NCBI GenBank assembly: GCA_963844035.1
Contig: CAWJMT010000005.1
Location: 64,001 to 128,000, forward strand
Length of the DNA stretch: 64,000 nucleotides
Direction: 5' to 3'
Source: an uncultured Gemmatimonadales bacterium
GTDB taxonomy: Bacteria > Gemmatimonadota > Gemmatimonadetes > Gemmatimonadales > GWC2-71-9
Every line of letters starts with the position of its first letter. Positions within the stretch are counted from its first letter, which is position 1. Below are positions 41,601 to 50,940 of the stretch, one piece after another. The translations under genes were made by a program, and so were the position numbers. The notes under the pieces are model-generated. The model searched no databases, had not been told where the DNA came from, and saw nothing but the letters and a program-made list of their open reading frames with translations.

Positions 41601-42038
41601 TACTTCGAATCCTCGTTGGCCGCCCGCGTGGCGGCGTCAACCGCGCGGTACACGTCGTCGACGTGGAGCGGAGGGCTCAAGACCCCGGACGCCCCGGCCT
41701 CGAGGGCCGCCAGGCGCTGGTCCGCCGTGGGTGGGTCGTCGCTCACCGTGATGATCGGCGTGCGCGGTGCGACCAGTGGATCGTCCCGCAGCGCGCGACA
41801 TAGACTCCAAGTCGTCGATGTCGGTCAGTGTGGTATCGAGCACGATCAGATCCGGATGGCTCACCCGTGCTTGCTTCCGGGTTGCTTCGCCGGTGTGGGC
41901 GAGCAGCACTTCGTACCCCTTCGCTTGCAGCAGGCTGCCGAGTGCGCGGCTGGACCACTCTTGCGCGCTCCCGATGAGGGCGATCGGATGATGGATCGGT
42001 GCTGCGGATTCGGTCCCACGGCTGTTCCGTGTTCCCAT
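41600..42038 (-). CDS. Single-domain atypical receiver protein (frameshifted)
   Basis: GYEV...PDLIVLD...TPII...ALEAGA; lacks the N-terminal acidic pair. Confidence 0.65.
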
Positions 42039-42325
42039 GCGGTGAAGCTCCACTCTAGGGCTGGGCGACTTGCGTCACGGGCGATGGCGCTCGTGCGCCA
42101 CCTATGACTGCACAAAGTATACATAAGTCAAGCTTCGTGCAGTCCCCCGGCCGAATTTGGGGGCGGACGCCCGGCCCGGAGCGTGGTGACGGCGGTCACG
42201 CCTCGACCCCGGCCGCGCCGATTGGCACGTAACGTCCTTCTCCGGGCTCGCGGGAAATGGCGTAGTTGCGCCGTCATCTCGCCCACACTTCACCAAACCC
42301 TGACCCTGGCGCATCTTTCACTCCC

Positions 42326-43189
42326 ATGCCTACCACCATCTGGATCGACGGGCAGTATCACGACAAGGCGAGCGCCAAGGTCTCGGTGTTCGACCACGGA
42401 CTGCTTTACGGGGACGGCGTTTTCGAAGGGATCCGCATCTATAGCGGGCGCATCTTTCGCCTCGACAAGCATCTCGATCGTCTGTACGACTCGGCGAAGG
42501 GGGCGTGGATCGAGATCCCCCTGGCTCGCAAGGCCATGGCCAAGATGATGGAGGAAGCGGTCGCCAAGAGTGGGTTCGTAGACGGGTACATCCGGTTGAT
42601 CGTGACGCGCGGCATTGGTGACTTGGGCCTCGATCCCCGGAAGTGCCCCAAGCCGACCGTGATCTGCATCGTGGATGAGATCGCGCTCTATCCCAGCGAT
42701 CGCTATGAAAAGGGTCTCACGGCTGTCTCAGCGGCGACGCCGATCCATCACCGCGAGAGCGTGTCGCCGCGCATCAAGTCGCTCAACTACCTGGCGCATA
42801 TTCTCGCGAAGGTGGAAGGGATCGCTGCCGGCGTGGACGAAGTGGTCATGCTCGACCCGGCCGGTTTCGTCACCGAGGCGAGCGGTGAGAACATCTTTGT
42901 GGTGAAGGACGGCGTCGTGAAGACCCCACCCGTCTACAGCGGTATTCTGCTCGGTGTGACGCGCGAGGCGGTGCTGGAGCTGGCGCGCGAGGCGACCTAC
43001 GGGGTCGAAGAGGTCCCCATGAGCCGCTACGATCTCTACACCGCCGACGAGGTGTTCCTTACCGGTACCGCCGCCGAGGTCATCGGAATGACCAAGCTCG
43101 ACGCGCGGACCATCGGCGCCGGCGTGCCGGGCCCCGTGACCAAGGAGCTCGCCAAGCGCTTCAAGGCGCTTGCCACTCGGGGTGACTGA
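42326..43189 (+). CDS. ilvE: Branched-chain amino acid aminotransferase
   Basis: DHGLLYGDGVFEG, KSLNYL and EVFLTGTAAE motifs. Confidence 0.95.
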   Translation: MPTTIWIDGQYHDKASAKVSVFDHGLLYGDGVFEGIRIYSGRIFRLDKHLDRLYDSAKGAWIEIPLARKAMAKMMEEAVAKSGFVDGYIRLIVTRGIGDLGLDPRKCPKPTVICIVDEIALYPSDRYEKGLTAVSAATPIHHRESVSPRIKSLNYLAHILAKVEGIAAGVDEVVMLDPAGFVTEASGENIFVVKDGVVKTPPVYSGILLGVTREAVLELAREATYGVEEVPMSRYDLYTADEVFLTGTAAEVIGMTKLDARTIGAGVPGPVTKELAKRFKALATRGD

Positions 43190-43340
43190 CTAGCCCCAGT
43201 ACCCCCCGCCCCCCCCGCCCCCCCATCGGTGATGATTCGCACCGACGCCTGAGGGGTATATCCCCATATTGTTGCAGCGGCGTTCTCGGGTTCCCTACCA
43301 TCCCGGCGTCACTCGATTCAACGTTTCAGGCGTCCAACTA

Positions 43341-43370
43341 TTGACCTGACTTCGGGTTAGGACACATATT
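43341..43370 (+). promoter_or_regulatory. sigma70-like promoter TTGACC-N18-CATATT
   Basis: Upstream of a GAGGAGG RBS and the 43400 start. Confidence 0.55.
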
Positions 43371-43399
43371 GGCGCCGGTCTTTGCCGAGGAGGTACTGG

Positions 43400-43646
43400 G
43401 TGCCATGGAGAGTCATTGCACACGGTGACCAGGTATGGCATGTGGACGCGATCGCGGAGCGTCCAGCCAACACGGTCGCGTGGCAGCTGGCCCTGTCGTT
43501 CCGGGCAGCGGCTGAACGGTCGCGTGGACGCGCCTTTTGGACGCGCTACCCGCTCGAGGCGACATCCAAGACCTCTTTGTTCATCCAGGCCGAGCGGATA
43601 CCGAATACAGCCTTGTCCGAAACTCCTGGCCCAGCGGTTGGCGTGA
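43400..43646 (+). CDS. Hypothetical protein (indel near the 3' end)
   Basis: GAGGAGG RBS; GTG start MPWRVIAHG... Confidence 0.65.
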
Positions 43647-43651
43647 GCGCC

Positions 43652-43891
43652 ATGGGGCTGAAGGACTTGCGCCGCATGGTGGCTGCAGTGGCCCGGTTGC
43701 GCGGTGAGGCGGTGCGGGACGTGACGGTGCGATCTGATGCCCGGCACCTCAAGATGGATCTCGAGAGCGGGCGCATCCTCGTCGTCTCGGCGGAGCAGGA
43801 CGAGCAGGGACGTCCGCGCCTCGCGGTGGACGTTGTCGACGCGCCGCAGGACGCGTCGGCCAGGCAGCAGATCGAAGTGCGCTTCGACTAG
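43652..43891 (+). CDS. Hypothetical protein
   Basis: MGLKDLRRMV...IEVRFD; tightly packed in the operon. Confidence 0.65.
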   Translation: MGLKDLRRMVAAVARLRGEAVRDVTVRSDARHLKMDLESGRILVVSAEQDEQGRPRLAVDVVDAPQDASARQQIEVRFD

Positions 43892-44325
43892 TGACCCCCA
43901 CGGATTCGTCTGGGGGAGGGGCCCAGCTCCCGGAACGTCTGCGGTTCGAGGACTTCACGTTCGAGCGGCTGACGAACGGCCGCTGTCGTGCCCGCGTGGT
44001 CCTGTCCTGGTCGGATGGACGGCAGTTCACCGGTGAGTCCGAGGGCGTGATCTCGCAGGCAGGGGAACTGCGCTGCTCGGCCGAGGCGGTGGTCCGGGCA
44101 CTTGAGCGGGTGGTGCACCCGAAGTTGGGTTTCGAGGTGCTCGGCGTGAAAGCGGTAAAGGCATTCGATGCTACGGTTGTTATCGTGTCTATCTCGGCCC
44201 GGACAGAGACAGCGGTGTCACGGCTCGTGGGCTCGTACCTCACGGAAACAGACCCACCACAGGGAGCGGCATTGGCAGTGTTGAACGCGACGAACCGAAT
44301 GCTCGGGAACTACTACTTCCGATGA
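43891..44325 (+). CDS. Conserved-looking hypothetical protein
   Basis: 144-aa ORF ending ALAVLNATNR; overlaps both neighbours. Confidence 0.7.
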   Translation: MTPTDSSGGGAQLPERLRFEDFTFERLTNGRCRARVVLSWSDGRQFTGESEGVISQAGELRCSAEAVVRALERVVHPKLGFEVLGVKAVKAFDATVVIVSISARTETAVSRLVGSYLTETDPPQGAALAVLNATNRMLGNYYFR

Positions 44326-45863
44326 GCCGCCCCACGATCTCATCCGGAGCGGTCGGTGCGATGCCGGCAATGCTTGCGATGTTGCTTGCGATCGCGGGGT
44401 GCGGCGGGGCCCGGGGTCCCGCGAGCACGGCCGCGGTTCCCGCCGCCAAGAGCGGCCCAATCGTCCCCACCGAGCAAGACTCGGCTGCCGATCAGGCCCT
44501 GCTGGACACGCTGCACCGTCGCGTGCCCGCCAAGTCCGACACGGCCCGTGGTACTCCGCCGGTTGCCCCCAAGGGCGAGGAGGTGGAGCGTGAGGCCGTG
44601 CGCCTCTTTGGGCCCGAGGAAGGGCGGGCGGCGGTTGGAGCGGCGGAGCCCACGTTCGATATCGATGTCACCACGTTCTCGGCGAACCGCCGCGTCCTCG
44701 AGTACATGGAGTTCTTCCAGGTGGACGCCCGCGATCGCTTCGCGATCTGGCTCACGCGGCTCGGGCGCTACGAGGGGATGATCCGCGAGCGCCTGCGCGC
44801 GAAGCGTTTGCCCGAGGATCTCGTCTACCTCACGCTGGTGGAGAGCGGCCTGTCGAACACGGCAGTCAGCAGGGCGCGGGCGGTGGGCATGTGGCAATTC
44901 ATGGCCAGCACGGGACGGCTGTATGGCCTCACTATCGATCCATGGGTAGATGAGCGCCGGGACCCGTTCCGCGCCACGCAGGCGGCTGTCAACCACCTGG
45001 CCGACCTGCGCGACCGTCTGGGGGGTAGCGTGTACCTCGCGGCGGCTGCCTACAACGCCGGTGTGGGCCGCGTCGAGCGGTCCTTGAACCGTCTGCCGGG
45101 TGAGCCGGACTCGGTCACCGACAACACCTTCTTTCAGCTGGCCGATCGGCGCTACCTGCGGCGCGAGACGCGCGACTACGTCCCCAAGCTGATCGCGGCC
45201 TCCCTCATCGCGAAGCAGCCGGCGCGCTACGGGTTCGAGGATATCCAGCTGCTGTCCCCCCTGGTGTTCGACGAAGTGTCCATCCCGGACGCCACGGGCC
45301 TGGACGTTCTCGCGCGCCTGGCTGACACGACGGTCGATGCGTTCCTCGAGCTCAATCCGCAGTTCGTTCGCGGCATCACGCCCCCCGGTCGATCGGTGAC
45401 CGTGCGCGTGCCGCGTGGTCGCGGCACCCTGGTCGCGGCGCGTTTCGACACCTTGCCCGTGACCGATCGCATCACGTTCGTGGATCACTACGTGTCGCGT
45501 GGGCAGACGCTCACGGATATCGCGCACCGCTACAAAGTCACCGTCGCGATGCTGCAGAGCGCGAACCCCCGGGTGAAATCGCGTGCTCTGCGGGTGGGAG
45601 ACCGCATCATCGTGCCGATGAGCGGCCGCATCGTCCCTGCGTCTGCCTGGTCCGTGCCTCCGGAGCCGCGGATGCGCAGATCGCGGCCATCGGCGCGCGG
45701 TGGGCCGGTGGGCGCCAACGCGCATCGCGTGGGGGCGGGCGAAACGATGAGCGAAATCGCGCGGCGCTATTCGGTGTCGCTAGCTGAACTGCTCGACTAC
45801 AACGACATGACGATGAAGTCGATTGTTCGGGCGGGCCAAGTCGTGAAGATTCCACCCCGGTAG
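44322..45863 (+). CDS. mltD: MltD-like lytic transglycosylase lipoprotein with LysM domains
   Basis: Lipobox IAGC; LVESG, GMWQFM, AAYNAG and ETRDYVPK motifs; LysM repeats. Confidence 0.9.
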   Translation: MSRPTISSGAVGAMPAMLAMLLAIAGCGGARGPASTAAVPAAKSGPIVPTEQDSAADQALLDTLHRRVPAKSDTARGTPPVAPKGEEVEREAVRLFGPEEGRAAVGAAEPTFDIDVTTFSANRRVLEYMEFFQVDARDRFAIWLTRLGRYEGMIRERLRAKRLPEDLVYLTLVESGLSNTAVSRARAVGMWQFMASTGRLYGLTIDPWVDERRDPFRATQAAVNHLADLRDRLGGSVYLAAAAYNAGVGRVERSLNRLPGEPDSVTDNTFFQLADRRYLRRETRDYVPKLIAASLIAKQPARYGFEDIQLLSPLVFDEVSIPDATGLDVLARLADTTVDAFLELNPQFVRGITPPGRSVTVRVPRGRGTLVAARFDTLPVTDRITFVDHYVSRGQTLTDIAHRYKVTVAMLQSANPRVKSRALRVGDRIIVPMSGRIVPASAWSVPPEPRMRRSRPSARGGPVGANAHRVGAGETMSEIARRYSVSLAELLDYNDMTMKSIVRAGQVVKIPPR

Positions 45864-45905
45864 CGCGTCGTTGGCGGTATCACACCGCGAGGTCTAGAAA
45901 ACAAT

Positions 45906-45933
45906 GGAGGGGCGCGACACGTCGCGCCCCTCC
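45906..45933. terminator. Bidirectional terminator hairpin
   Basis: ggaggggcgcgac / gtcgcgcccctcc between convergent genes. Confidence 0.85.
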
Positions 45934-45961
45934 GTCTGTTTCGGCCACCAGGAGCTCGCCG

Positions 45962-46606
45962 TTACCGCTTGTATCCCCTCAGGACCGCGGTCGAGTAGCC
46001 GTTCTGCGGGTCCTGGCCGGCGTCGAGCAGCTCCTGCACGCGGCCTGGTCCACGATTGTAGGCGAGCAGCGCGAGACGCAGGTTGCCGTCGTAGCGCTCC
46101 AGCAGGTCGCGGAGGTAGCGGAACCCGAGGCGCAGATTCGTGGAGCGATCAAAAATCTGCTTGTTCGTCAGCCCCGGCTCATACAGCCGAGCCGTGCTGG
46201 GAAGCACCTGGGTGAAGCCGAGCGCGCCTGCCTTGCTCTTCGCCATCTGGGTAAAGCCGGACTCGGTCCGCACCAGGCGGAAGGCGAGGCCGGGGTCCAC
46301 CCCCTCGGACAGCGCCACGTCGTAGATCGCGGCGGCTAAGTCAGCGGCGATGCTGTAATGGGTGGAGTAGTCGATGATGGCGTTGGCCCGCTCGAGCTGC
46401 AAGCGCGCAACCGCGAGTTCACCGCGCGTGGCCTCGAGCGACTGCGACAGGGCGCGCAGCTCACCGAGCAGCACGGGCGCCGTGACGGCGGTCGGCTGAT
46501 CGTCGGCAGTTGCACGCCGCGCCCACCCTCCAATGCTGCTGATCACCAGGGCGCCGAAGAGGATGAAACTTCCCTGCAGCACCAATCGCTGTGTCTTTGT
46601 CTTCAT
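45962..46606 (-). CDS. SLT-domain lytic transglycosylase
   Basis: ESGF, GALGFTQV and ALLAYNRGP motifs. Confidence 0.88.
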   Translation of the reverse strand: MKTKTQRLVLQGSFILFGALVISSIGGWARRATADDQPTAVTAPVLLGELRALSQSLEATRGELAVARLQLERANAIIDYSTHYSIAADLAAAIYDVALSEGVDPGLAFRLVRTESGFTQMAKSKAGALGFTQVLPSTARLYEPGLTNKQIFDRSTNLRLGFRYLRDLLERYDGNLRLALLAYNRGPGRVQELLDAGQDPQNGYSTAVLRGYKR

Positions 46607-46673
46607 CGCTTGCTCCTAGTCAAAAGGCGTCGTCACACCGGCACGACGTTACGGCACCACCGTCAACCCTCGG

Positions 46674-47730
46674 TCAACGGGGCCCTGCACTCGACCACAG
46701 GTCCTCAACCAGAACGGCGGTGAGGAGCTGCGGGTTCACGTTGCCCTGTGCCAGTTCGCGAGCGTCCAGCACTCGCGCCATGGCGGCAACCACTGCCTGG
46801 GTCTCGCGTCCGGACCGTGCCTCGCTCCGCAGCCGCTCCAGCAGATCGTCCAACAGCGCGGTGAAAGCTCCGCGCGCTTGAAACGGTGGCTGCCCCAAGG
46901 CGAGGGCGTACCGGTCCGCGGGGGACCGACGTGCAGCCGCTAATACTGCATCTACTGCCGATCCCGCAGAACGGTCCATATCTTCCGCAAGGAGCCTGCC
47001 AATACTTCCCTCGGAATACGTAACTCGTTGCTCTAGAACGCGTTGATCAGTAATGCCAAGCTCCACGCTGCGCGAATTGTGTCACGACACTATCAGGCAG
47101 TCTCCCCACCCTAATCCGCACGACGCGAGAGAGGACGGTCGGCAGCAGGGCCTCCGGCTCGGAACTGGTGAGCACGATCACCGTGTCCGCCGGGGGCTCC
47201 TCGAGCGCCTTCAACAGGGCGTTCGCCGCCTCAGGGTTGGCTGCCTGGACGGCCAGCCGCTCAGCGTCTCCCACCACGAACACCTTGCGCCGGGCCATTG
47301 CCGGGGTGAGCCGCAGCCGGCGCGAAAGGAGCCGTGCGGAAGCGATCCCGTGACTCGCGAGTCCAGACGCCGGCTGATAGAGGGGCTGGTCGCGGCGGGC
47401 CGCCATCTCCTCGCCAAGGGCCGCCTCGGCGAGGTCCACCTGCTTGTCGGCGTCCGCCCCTTTGCGCGCCAGCTCAATCGGCACGAGCCAGTGCACGTCC
47501 GGGTGTGACAGGGACAGGACCAGCTTGCAGGGCTGGCATGACCCACACGGCTCGATCGCACCCTGGGCGTCCTGACAGAGGGTGGCCTGGGCGAGCCAGA
47601 GGGCGAGCCGTTGCTTACCCACCCCGCGTGGGCCCTCGAACAGGAGGGCTTGGGGAAGGCGGCCGGAAGCAATGGCCCCGGCTAGGCGACGGCGTAGCCC
47701 CTCGTGGCCGTACAGCGGGCGCAGAGGCAT
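46674..47730 (-). CDS. holB: DNA polymerase III delta' subunit (frameshift ~47065)
   Basis: GPRGVGK, PCGSCQPC, HPDV, ANALLKALEEP and LLPTVLSR motifs. Confidence 0.88.
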
Positions 47731-48099
47731 GGCGGGAATGTAGCCGGGTCCCGGTGTTGGCCAGGGGTGGTGTCCCGTAACAGGCTGTGCATCTAGGCAG
47801 TTAGCGGTTTCGGCAGGGACTTGCGCCAACCTATAGACATTAGTAGCAACGCATTATAATTAAAAGTGAGCACACACTCACAATCCTCGTGCTCAACCGG
47901 GCGCCACTTCGGCACGCCCGAGGCCTATTTCTCAACGTCGCGCACCGGTGGTGCTGCGTAACCGCAACACCTGTAGCGCATTACACAACATGTGACCTCG
48001 GGCACGAAAGGGCCGTACCTGGCGCGATGGCACTTGGCTGGGTGTGGTGCAATGTTGTGGCGCTTCCACAACCAGCTAGGGGTTTTGACCAACGTCCGT

Positions 48100-50922
48100 A
48101 TGAGGCTTGTTCGGGCCGTCGAAGACTTCTCCCTGGAGCAACCCCGGGCTGAGGAGACGCTTCGCGCGACCGCTCGCCAGCAGGCGGCCGTGGCGCATTT
48201 GAGCCAGCAAGCCCTGGGCGGCGCGCTCGTGCCCGCACTCATGGATGAGGCGGTTGCCATCGTCGCCCGCGCGCTGGACGTGGAGTTCGTGGGGCTCTTC
48301 GAGTTCCGACCGGAGAGCCGTTCGTTGCTGCTGCGGGCGGGCGTCGGCTGGTCGGATGGGTGCGTGGGTCGCACCGTGGTCCCCGCCGACGGCGACCACC
48401 ACGGCGGCTACGCCCTCCGGTCCGCCACCCCCGTGGTCGTGGAAGATCTCGCCTCCGACCGGCGGTTCGGGTCGGCCCAGCTGCTCGTCGATCACGACAT
48501 CGTGAGCGGCGTGACCGTCGTCATTCAGGGGAAGGACCGCCCCTTCGGCATCATCGGCGCTCACACCCCGCGCCGGCGGGAGTTCACGGTGCACGATGCC
48601 CACTGCATTCAAGCCGTCGCCCACGTCCTCGCCACGGCGATCGATCGCGCCCGCACGGAGGAGGCGCTCCGCAAGAGCGAGGAGCATTTCCGGTCGCTGA
48701 TCGACAATGCGTCGGACATCGTCACCATTCTCGGTGAGGACGGGATCTTCCGCTACGCGAGTCCGTCCGTCCAGCGCCTCCTGGGGTACGCGCCGAGCGA
48801 GCTGCTCGAGCGCAACGTGTTCGAGCTGCTGCACCCCGACGACCTTCCCGTGGTGGCGGATGCGCTCGCCCGCGCGTTGGGAGAGCCGGGCACCCCGCAG
48901 TCAGCCGAGTTCCGCTTTCGTCACCGGGACGGCTCGTGGCGGGTCCTGGAGTCGGTCGGCCAGGCGCGTGTGGGGCAGTCAGGCGCCTTCAAGTTCGTGG
49001 TCAACTCGCGCGACGTCACCGAGCGTCGCGCACAGGAGCGTGCGTTGCGGGCGAGCAAGGAACGGCTCCGGACGGTGGTCGCCGGCGCGCCGCTCGTGCT
49101 CTTCTCCCTGGACCTGCAGGGGGTGTTCACGCTGGCGGAGGGCCGCGGTCTCGACGCGCTCGGGGTGCGGCCCGCGCAGCTGGTGGGCCAGTCTGCGTTC
49201 CAAGTGTACGCGGATATGCCCCAGGCTCTGACCGATGTGCGGCGCGCCCTCGCCGGCGAAGCGTGTTCGTCGACGGTCGAAGTGTTTGGCGTGGTGTTCG
49301 AGGTGTGGTACTCGCCGATCCGCGATGCGGCGGGTGCGGTCACAGGTGTGATCGGCGTTGCCAACGATATCACCGAGCGGCGCCGGGTCGAGGAGGCGCT
49401 GCGTCAATCCGAGGAGAGCAGCCGCGCGCTGGTAGCGAACGCGACCTACGGAATCTTCCGCGCCACTCCGGCGGGGCGGTTCCTCGCTGTGAATCCCGCC
49501 CTCGCCAGGATGCTTGGTTACGCCTCGGAGGCCGAGTTGATGACGCTCGAGCTGGGCCGGGATGTGTACGTCGACTCCGCGGCGCGCGATCGAGTAGTGG
49601 AGCGCGGCCCGACGGACGCTCCTCACAAGGATCACGAAGTGGAATGGAAGCGCAAAGACGGCGCGCGCATCCTGGTCCGGTTGTCCGGGCGGGCGGTGCG
49701 AGGGTCCGACGGCGCGGTCGAGAGCTACGAAATGATGGCCGAGGACATCACGGAGCGCCGCGCCCTTGAAGACCAGTTGCGCCAGTCTCAGAAAATCGAA
49801 GCACTGGGGCAGCTCACGGGCGGGATCGCACACGACTTCAACAACCTGCTGACGATCATCCTCGCGAATGCCGAGCTGGTCCGCAAAGCGCTGGGCCCGG
49901 AGTTTCTAGACCAGCAGGCCGACCTGCGGGACCTGATATCGGCAGCGTTGCGTGGCCGGGTGATGATTCGCGAGCTGCTCGGGTTTGCCCGACGCTCGAG
50001 CCTGGACCTCGAGGTGCTCGACCTGAACGACGTGGTCTCGACGCTGTCCGGCATGCTGCGCCGCATCGTCCCGGCCGACATCGAAATCGTCGTCGCCAAC
50101 AGTGAGGAGACCCCCGAGTTCCGAGCGGATCTGCACGCGGTGGAGCAAGTCCTCTTCAACCTGGCGACCAACGCCCGCGATGCGATGCCAGCAGGGGGCG
50201 TGCTCCGGATCGAGACGCGCTGCGGTGTGCCGAGCGAGGAACAGCGGATCGCTGCCGGCGTGCGCCCCGCGTCGCTCTGGACCTGCCTTGCGGTCGAAGA
50301 CACCGGCGTGGGGATGGACGATGCCACGCGGCGACGCGTGTTCGAGCCATTCTTCACAACGAAGTCCAGCGGCAAAGGGACCGGCCTGGGGATGGCCACC
50401 GTGTACGGGCTCGTCAAACAGCATGGGGGCGTCATCGAGGTGGACAGCGCTCCAGGGCTTGGAACGCGGATTCGCGTGTACTTCCCGGCCGTGGCGGCCA
50501 CGACCCCCGCGGTGGGCGACGAACCAGTGGGGAGCCGTGACGTCCGCGGCGGGAACGAGACGATTCTCATCGTCGAGGACGAAAGCGATCTGCGGCGCGT
50601 GGCGAAGCGGATACTGGAACAGGCAGGGTACCACGTGCTCACCGCCGCCGACGGGCAAGAGGCGCTCGAATTGCTGCGGCGGCCACCGGCCACCATCCAC
50701 CTCGTGCTATCGGACCTGGTGATGCCGCGCCTGGGCGGCCGGGGTCTCTTCGATGCCGTGCGCCGCGACGGGAACACCACCCCGTTCCTGTTCGCGAGCG
50801 GATACTCACCGGGCGACGACCGGGGCGGCCTGCCGCCGGAAGCGAGTGTGCCGTTGCTCTACAAGCCGTGGACTCACGACGACGTTCTCACGCGGGTGCG
50901 GGAGCTGCTCGACCGCGCCTGA
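48100..50922 (+). CDS. Hybrid histidine kinase GAF-PAS-PAS-PAS-HisKA-HATPase-REC
   Basis: GGIAHDFNNLL and FFTTK..GKGTGLG motifs; C-terminal REC. Confidence 0.92.
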   Translation: MRLVRAVEDFSLEQPRAEETLRATARQQAAVAHLSQQALGGALVPALMDEAVAIVARALDVEFVGLFEFRPESRSLLLRAGVGWSDGCVGRTVVPADGDHHGGYALRSATPVVVEDLASDRRFGSAQLLVDHDIVSGVTVVIQGKDRPFGIIGAHTPRRREFTVHDAHCIQAVAHVLATAIDRARTEEALRKSEEHFRSLIDNASDIVTILGEDGIFRYASPSVQRLLGYAPSELLERNVFELLHPDDLPVVADALARALGEPGTPQSAEFRFRHRDGSWRVLESVGQARVGQSGAFKFVVNSRDVTERRAQERALRASKERLRTVVAGAPLVLFSLDLQGVFTLAEGRGLDALGVRPAQLVGQSAFQVYADMPQALTDVRRALAGEACSSTVEVFGVVFEVWYSPIRDAAGAVTGVIGVANDITERRRVEEALRQSEESSRALVANATYGIFRATPAGRFLAVNPALARMLGYASEAELMTLELGRDVYVDSAARDRVVERGPTDAPHKDHEVEWKRKDGARILVRLSGRAVRGSDGAVESYEMMAEDITERRALEDQLRQSQKIEALGQLTGGIAHDFNNLLTIILANAELVRKALGPEFLDQQADLRDLISAALRGRVMIRELLGFARRSSLDLEVLDLNDVVSTLSGMLRRIVPADIEIVVANSEETPEFRADLHAVEQVLFNLATNARDAMPAGGVLRIETRCGVPSEEQRIAAGVRPASLWTCLAVEDTGVGMDDATRRRVFEPFFTTKSSGKGTGLGMATVYGLVKQHGGVIEVDSAPGLGTRIRVYFPAVAATTPAVGDEPVGSRDVRGGNETILIVEDESDLRRVAKRILEQAGYHVLTAADGQEALELLRRPPATIHLVLSDLVMPRLGGRGLFDAVRRDGNTTPFLFASGYSPGDDRGGLPPEASVPLLYKPWTHDDVLTRVRELLDRA

Positions 50923-50940
50923 GTCCGCTGCCCGGGGCCG

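Noticed and set aside
43382..43891. Single 169-aa fusion ORF
   Set aside because: An alternative-frame stop at 43646 and a new ATG at 43652 suggest two genes joined by an indel
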